Source of the DNA: a virus
Lineage: Duplodnaviria; Caudoviricetes
Strand: one strand, 5' to 3'
IMG/VR virus record: IMGVR_UViG_3300049926_000003
Location: 1 to 48,058 of that record
Length of the DNA: 48,058 bases
Notes under the pieces: model-generated
What the model was told of the DNA's origin: nothing
Databases searched by the model: none
Seen by the model: the letters and a program-made list of their open reading frames with translations, nothing else
Part shown: piece after piece, positions 43,041 through 48,058 of the stretch
How the letters are laid out: the number at the start of each line of letters is the position of its first letter
How positions within the stretch are numbered: the first letter of the stretch is position 1
Position numbers and translations under genes: made by a program

Positions 43041-45197
43041 TTAATCGGAAGGTTGGGTTGAGTCCTTCTCGCCCGAATTCGCCTGCTCAGCCATTTCTTC
43101 TTCATGGTCCTGAGCATTAGAAGCTTGTTCAAGTTCTTCAGTCGTGAACACGACATGAGCCTGATGTTCGAGGTTCTTTAGGTTGAACTCTTCATCAGTC
43201 TTGGCAATATCGGCATAGGCAACTAGACGGTCGGTCTCGGCTTTGAACCGTTCGATCTCTAGTTTCATGGTTTCGGTATCGTGCTTTGTCTTGAGTAGGA
43301 GATTTTCCTTCTCAAGCTCCTGCAACCTCTGCATACCCTGCTGGATTTGTTCCTGCATCTGAGCGCCCTGAGCTATCATAGCTTGGACATTCGGGCCCTG
43401 ATCTCCCATTTCCTTCTTGTCCTTATCGGAAAGAAGCTGAGGAGGAATGGTCTTCTTCAGACGCTCTGCTAATTCTTCGGCACCCGGCCAATCCTGAGCT
43501 TTCGCCACGAGATCGCCTGCGACTTGCATCATCTCGGGGTAGACTTGGACGGCATCCATCATCGCCTCGGCAGCCTCGACACGACGGGTCGTGTAGCTCG
43601 CTCCGGTGGCAATGGCGACGTCATAGGTCCCGACGGCGAGGTTCGGACTATCGGGGTCCATAGGATCGTTGATAGTCACCATCTTGGCGGCTTCGTCTTC
43701 GCCGATAACCCGGATCGTCCGAGTCCCGTCGTAGATTTGACCAATGAGCTGATTGATTACATCACCGGCTTCGAGAATGGCTGCGTTACCGTTGTCGTAG
43801 TAGGTCAGTGAGGCGATGTCGCCTTCACGCTGACGGGCGTTAATGGCCTTACCTGAGGTCTCGTTGGACTTGATACCAAGCGAGGCGTCATGGATACCCG
43901 TGACATCCTTCATGTCTTGCGTATTGACTTGGGCCTCGTTGAGCAAGGCCATTTGCATCTGCGGAGGATCGATACGCTTGATATTCTGGTCGATGACGGC
44001 ATCGTCATTGATAATGAGCAGAGGATCACGGCTCATGTGGGCCTTACGGAAGGCGTCCTCGCGTCCTTCGACGGCACTCTCGGTGGCCATCCACTGAGCC
44101 TTCGGGGCATAACCCAACTGCTCGGCGGCGACCGAACGCCAGAAGTTACGGAGGCGGGCGGAGTCCTTCATGAACCGGACAAGCCCGTAACGGACACGCT
44201 TGTCATTGATGACGACGTGCCTACCAGCCATACGGATGACGGGAAGACGGTTGAGTCTCCACTCATACGGGCCAGTGAGAATTTTGAAGCCAGTAACGAG
44301 ATGCATCTGGGCGTAACGGCAGGGAGCAATTCTCTGCTTCTTTACTTGCCCGTGAGCCTCTATGTAACCATCCATCTTCTCGGGAGTAGTCTCCGCGAGC
44401 ATCGGATAGACAGTCCCGTCCTCGAACATCGTCAAGAGACGCTTGCGCTCGATGATCCTCCAATGCTCGGTGACACGGACGGTTCCGTTGTCATACCAAC
44501 CCTCGGCGGACATCACTCGCTTCTCTTTGTTATTGAGAAACGACGGATCGGCACCGGGCCAGTTGCTCTTGAATTCCTTCTCAGGGAGGAGGTCATCGAC
44601 GAAGCAGTGATTGGCATCGCGGCCAGTCGGATCAATCGAAAGACGATCCCAGACAACCGAAAGGGCGTCATCGACGGAATTGAGGACGATATCCTGATCG
44701 AATACGTCATCACCGGCATACTGGACACCGATACGGAAGGCACCGTCGCCACACTGGATCATCGACTCGAAGGCAGAGTCATAGACACGGGTAGAACGGT
44801 TACGGGTCTCGATGGAGCGAATGAGATCGGCACGGACATCGGCGACGTTCTTGTCGCCATTCGTCGAAGGAAGGACCTTCACAGCGGCTTTGTTCATCCG
44901 CCAGTCACCGACTAGCTGTGCCGTAAACTGGGGAATGGAATTGATGACGAGGCACGGGAGACCGGCTCGCTGTTGGAGAACGAGAGGGTCCCACTGTTCG
45001 CCAGCGACGAACCTCTTATCTTCTACGGCGGCACGACGGTTATCTTCATCGGCCTGTAGATCGAGGGCGTAGGTATCACGGAGGTCTTTTAGATAATCTT
45101 CGGCAGTCTCAAAACCCTCAGGGACATAGTTCTTCTTAGGCTCTTTGACTTCTTCGTCAGGAAGCTGTAGACTTGTTGCTAATTTGGCTTCGTCCAT
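43041..45197 (-). CDS. Portal protein, P22-like
   Basis: D.RF..GEQW, P.L.IN, YGLVR.MKD, ETSGKAI.ARQ, YDV, C-terminal coiled-coil barrel. Confidence 0.92.
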   Translation of the reverse strand: MDEAKLATSLQLPDEEVKEPKKNYVPEGFETAEDYLKDLRDTYALDLQADEDNRRAAVEDKRFVAGEQWDPLVLQQRAGLPCLVINSIPQFTAQLVGDWRMNKAAVKVLPSTNGDKNVADVRADLIRSIETRNRSTRVYDSAFESMIQCGDGAFRIGVQYAGDDVFDQDIVLNSVDDALSVVWDRLSIDPTGRDANHCFVDDLLPEKEFKSNWPGADPSFLNNKEKRVMSAEGWYDNGTVRVTEHWRIIERKRLLTMFEDGTVYPMLAETTPEKMDGYIEAHGQVKKQRIAPCRYAQMHLVTGFKILTGPYEWRLNRLPVIRMAGRHVVINDKRVRYGLVRFMKDSARLRNFWRSVAAEQLGYAPKAQWMATESAVEGREDAFRKAHMSRDPLLIINDDAVIDQNIKRIDPPQMQMALLNEAQVNTQDMKDVTGIHDASLGIKSNETSGKAINARQREGDIASLTYYDNGNAAILEAGDVINQLIGQIYDGTRTIRVIGEDEAAKMVTINDPMDPDSPNLAVGTYDVAIATGASYTTRRVEAAEAMMDAVQVYPEMMQVAGDLVAKAQDWPGAEELAERLKKTIPPQLLSDKDKKEMGDQGPNVQAMIAQGAQMQEQIQQGMQRLQELEKENLLLKTKHDTETMKLEIERFKAETDRLVAYADIAKTDEEFNLKNLEHQAHVVFTTEELEQASNAQDHEEEMAEQANSGEKDSTQPSD

Positions 45198-46627
45198 TAT
45201 CCTGCCATCCAAGTTGTATCGGCCTCTCCGGCGTAGACATTCTTCTTAGTCTCTAATCCGGTGATGTCCTTGAGTTTGTAGCCAGCATCGGCATCGGGAC
45301 GACGACGACGGGCAGTAATGCGTTGAAAGAGAGAGGCCAAAGCCCAGACTAGGGCATCAACTCTATCCGGGGAATTACCTTCTGAGCGGTCGACATCTCG
45401 GGTGAATAGACACATCTGGTCTTCAAGCTTGTCGAAACGACCGACGTGATGGACACGTCCCTGTTCGTAAAGAGCAGAAATAGGCTCCGCACGAACAACC
45501 TTACCACGCGTAGCGGTAACAAGAGTAACTGGAACGCTTCTGTCCTTAGACCGTAGGACAGCCTCGACCATTTCTCCACCTTGGTTTTTCTCAGCGACAA
45601 TTCGATCGGCATCTAGTTCATGGTAAAGGCGGACAGCAGCAGCGGCCCACTCGTCCGGAGTTCCCCTAAGAGAACGATCAGCAAGAACGTAGCCCCGCTG
45701 ATTGCCGTCAGGATCGCGGGCAATACCAACAGCGACGATACCGGTCTCGTCGGCTTCCTCACCGGAGGTTGCAGCGGGATCGACCGCGACGACGATGCGT
45801 TCGAGTTCCGGAGCTGTCGGCTTCCTAGCAGCATCGATGATGTCCCTTGTCCACAGAGCTCCGGGCATGTCGTCGAGGACTTCGCCTTCGAGCTCCTGCC
45901 GTCCTAGACGAGTCCCGCCGTAGCGTTCCTCGACTTGCTTTAGGAAGGGAGCCGCGAGGTTGCTCGCGTTATCGAAGGTCCTACCACGGGTGACGACGGT
46001 ATCTTTGTCGTTGATTAGCTTCCTGACAACAGGAATAGGGCGAGGAGTCGTAGTGACGATCTGGCGGGGATGTTCACCGAGACGGAGACCAAACTGAAGC
46101 TGATCCCAAGTCTCTGCGGCATACCGCCACTTCGCTAACTCGTCGCACCATGCTGCATCGAACTGAGGACCACGGAGCTGATCCGGCTCGACGGCGTTGA
46201 ATAGAATAGCCTGTGCACCGTTAGGCCACTCGACCGACCGCTTCGATGGGAAGTAAGTCGGACGGAAATCCTTCGGGTGACAGGCGAGGAGGCCCGCAGG
46301 GCCTTCGACCATGACGTCTCTCGCGTCCGGGGCGGTCTCAGCCACGAGTGCGATCTTATGGCAACGGCCCGGAGAGAGGGGCGTATCACCACAGACCCAC
46401 TTGCGGATGGTCTCCGCCCCGGTCCGCGTCTTACCGAAACCACGTCCGGCAAGGATCAGCCACGTCGTCCAATCGCCCAGAGGCTCAAGCTGATTGGGAC
46501 GGGCCCAGAACTCCCAGTTATATTTCAGGGCGGCGATGGCCGCCGGGGAAAGGGAGTTTAGGTATTCCTCCCGCTCTTCGGGAGACATCGCAGCGAGTAT
46601 TTGGGCAGGCGAGATGTTAGTCGACAA
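45197..46627 (-). CDS. terL: Terminase large subunit
   Basis: AGRGFGKTR Walker A, WCDELA Walker B, TTTP, VAVDPA, PDRVDA. Confidence 0.95.
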   Translation of the reverse strand: MSTNISPAQILAAMSPEEREEYLNSLSPAAIAALKYNWEFWARPNQLEPLGDWTTWLILAGRGFGKTRTGAETIRKWVCGDTPLSPGRCHKIALVAETAPDARDVMVEGPAGLLACHPKDFRPTYFPSKRSVEWPNGAQAILFNAVEPDQLRGPQFDAAWCDELAKWRYAAETWDQLQFGLRLGEHPRQIVTTTPRPIPVVRKLINDKDTVVTRGRTFDNASNLAAPFLKQVEERYGGTRLGRQELEGEVLDDMPGALWTRDIIDAARKPTAPELERIVVAVDPAATSGEEADETGIVAVGIARDPDGNQRGYVLADRSLRGTPDEWAAAAVRLYHELDADRIVAEKNQGGEMVEAVLRSKDRSVPVTLVTATRGKVVRAEPISALYEQGRVHHVGRFDKLEDQMCLFTRDVDRSEGNSPDRVDALVWALASLFQRITARRRRPDADAGYKLKDITGLETKKNVYAGEADTTWMAG

Positions 46628-47168
46628 GACTGACTTCTTTCTTCTCTCTGGCCTGACGCTCGGCTAGGGCTATGAGTAAGTTCGTAAACGAAGAAGCCTC
46701 TTCCTCGACACGACGCTGTTCTACAGCGAGTGCTCCGCCATCCTTGCCGGTGAGCTCATGCTTATCGGTGAGCATACCGAGGTGACGGGCTAGGAGCTCA
46801 TACCCACGGAGTTTGTCTCCGTCACGGGCGGCTTCCTTATTGAGGATGGCGATGATACCCTGAATGACATACTCGGGGTTGACAGAGACTATCTTGTTCT
46901 CTTTGGTTCGAGTGAGATGATCGATGTAGAAGGCGACTCCGGCATGTTTCAGAAGGAGATGGGCCTGTCGATCGGCATAGTGAGGGGCATAACCGGCCCT
47001 GACGGTAGCAGCGGCACCGTTGAAATCGATGATATACTCTTCGGCAAAGCGACGTTGACGGACGGTCAGCCCGAGAATGACGGCATCGAGGTCATTATCC
47101 TCAATGGCGGCAGCCATCGACCCCCGAATAGGTCGTTTTGAATTGTGGGGATACTTAGCTTTGCCCAT
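46617..47168 (-). CDS. terS: Terminase small subunit
   Basis: LT.RQRRF.EEY..DFN...A..RAGY, ELLARHLGM. Confidence 0.9.
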   Translation of the reverse strand: MGKAKYPHNSKRPIRGSMAAAIEDNDLDAVILGLTVRQRRFAEEYIIDFNGAAATVRAGYAPHYADRQAHLLLKHAGVAFYIDHLTRTKENKIVSVNPEYVIQGIIAILNKEAARDGDKLRGYELLARHLGMLTDKHELTGKDGGALAVEQRRVEEEASSFTNLLIALAERQAREKKEVSLVD

Positions 47169-47278
47169 TACGGAAACATCTGCCCATTGGCCATAGCGGC
47201 AAAAAAGACAACAGCCGCGACGATGACGAGAACTACGACGACACCAACGGCGATTGCGATACCAGTTAATAGATTCAT
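47168..47278 (-). CDS. Small single-TM protein, 36 aa
   Basis: MNLLTGIAIAVGVVVVLVIVAAVVFFAAMANGQMFP; coupled to both neighbours. Confidence 0.65.
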   Translation of the reverse strand: MNLLTGIAIAVGVVVVLVIVAAVVFFAAMANGQMFP

Positions 47279-47547
47279 AGTTTGTGTCCGCCTTTTGCGT
47301 TGCGTTTGAAGCTCCTGTTAACCCTCGGGGGTTGAACTAGGAGGTTGAGCATGTTGTTGTCGTAGGTATTGTTGTTGGCATGGGCGACATCCTTGCCATC
47401 ACCCTTGCGGACCTTGCCAGCCTTGATGAGTTTCGCCCGGGCTTTGTTCCTGTTAGAGCGTTCTCGGATTTGTTCTGGCTTGGAATTATATTTAGCCTGA
47501 GTCTTTGCTCGGGCAGCGGGAGTTTGTCCTGATGAATGTCGTGTCAT
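47275..47547 (-). CDS. HNH-like endonuclease (packaging-associated position)
   Basis: RNKAR...GDGKDVAH...N...NL......NRS; start at 47547, downstream of the late promoter. Confidence 0.65.
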   Translation of the reverse strand: MTRHSSGQTPAARAKTQAKYNSKPEQIRERSNRNKARAKLIKAGKVRKGDGKDVAHANNNTYDNNMLNLLVQPPRVNRSFKRNAKGGHKL

Positions 47548-47574
47548 AGTCGGTTCCCGAGGGCCTATACACAC

Positions 47575-47603
47575 ATTATACCAAATTTCAACTAAAAAGT
47601 CAA
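47575..47603 (-). promoter_or_regulatory. sigma70-type promoter for the packaging/structural arm
   Basis: Minus strand TTGACT-N17-TATAAT with extended TGn. Confidence 0.85.
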
Positions 47604-47765
47604 GCAAAATCGTCGCTAAGGCGACATTAGTCGTCATGGGGGAAGGAAAAGGGGGGTAAGGGGGGATAAGGATGGGGAGACACAGTTAATGTTTTAGACA
47701 ATAGTGAGGTCAATGATTTAGATAATGTTTATTAGTTATATATTATATATACAAACCTCAACATC

Positions 47766-47789
47766 TAAAACATTAGCTAATGTTTTAGT
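47766..47789. repeat. Perfect 24-bp palindrome
   Basis: CTAAAACATTAG-CTAATGTTTTAG in an AT-rich non-coding region. Confidence 0.9.
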
Positions 47790-47917
47790 CCCCATTCGGC
47801 CTGAACTCCGCAGATTGGGGTGGGATGAAATGGGAATATACTGTTTAATCGAGCGGAAACGGGGACTACAGCGCATCGAGGGGTCGGTTGGCTACCCCGA
47901 TACCCTAACTACCGATA

Positions 47918-48032
47918 TTTCGTTTCTAAGGTGCCTTAAAATCGTTTTTGTAATTTGATTTTGCAAATTTGAAATTTTTCGTTAGTGGTGTGAGCTCCCT
48001 AGACAGTCCGCCACTAGTCTCGCGTTCGACCC
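47918..48032. repeat. Right copy of direct terminal repeat
   Basis: Identical to 1-115. Confidence 0.9.
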
Positions 48033-48058
48033 ACCCCCCCCCCCCCCCGGGGGGTGCC

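Noticed and set aside
40714-44915. Long antisense ORFs (40714-41769, 43890-44915) and similar shadows elsewhere
   Set aside because: They lie opposite the capsid and portal genes, are explained by codon bias, and carry no motifs or SD.
47548-47958. Upstream extension of the HNH ORF to 47637, and the 77-aa ORF 47725-47958
   Set aside because: The extension spans the promoter itself; the other lies in AT-rich palindromic non-coding DNA and the terminal repeat.
1-48058. Prophage/temperate module or phage RNA polymerase
   Set aside because: No integrase, ParA, CI-like HTH-S24 repressor or single-subunit RNAP motifs recognised; a highly divergent small repressor cannot be excluded.

Overview
The window looks like a complete ~48 kb podovirus-type dsDNA phage genome. 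Bases 1-115 are repeated exactly at 47918-48032, and there are two convergent gene arms. The + arm (555-25261) carries early genes, a phiEco32/LUZ24-type amide-ligase cluster (GGCT, class I and class II glutamine amidotransferases, COOH-NH2 ligase, amidoligase, ATP-grasp) and T7-like replication genes (primase-helicase, family A polymerase, SSB, nucleases). The - arm (47547-25223) carries an HNH-like protein, TerS/TerL, a P22-type portal/scaffold/coat/gp4/gp10 set, an appendage module, ejection proteins and lysis genes. I see no RNA polymerase, integrase or repressor; transcription appears to rely on strong sigma70-type promoters. The host is probably an alphaproteobacterium, inferred from GTTC-N7-GTTC SOS boxes and a GTA-type holin. 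The most unusual features are: (1) an early region studded with six copies of the palindrome TGGCCA-GTGC-TGGCCA, several of them beside host-type LexA, Fur or Zur boxes; (2) a ~290-390 nt highly structured intergenic RNA candidate with a permuted tRNA-like T-arm/acceptor minihelix just upstream of the amide-ligase operon, plus a second tRNA-like cloverleaf; (3) a family A polymerase with coupled substitutions at the steric-gate Glu and the O-helix Tyr. All family assignments come from motifs recognised by eye; no database searches were run.
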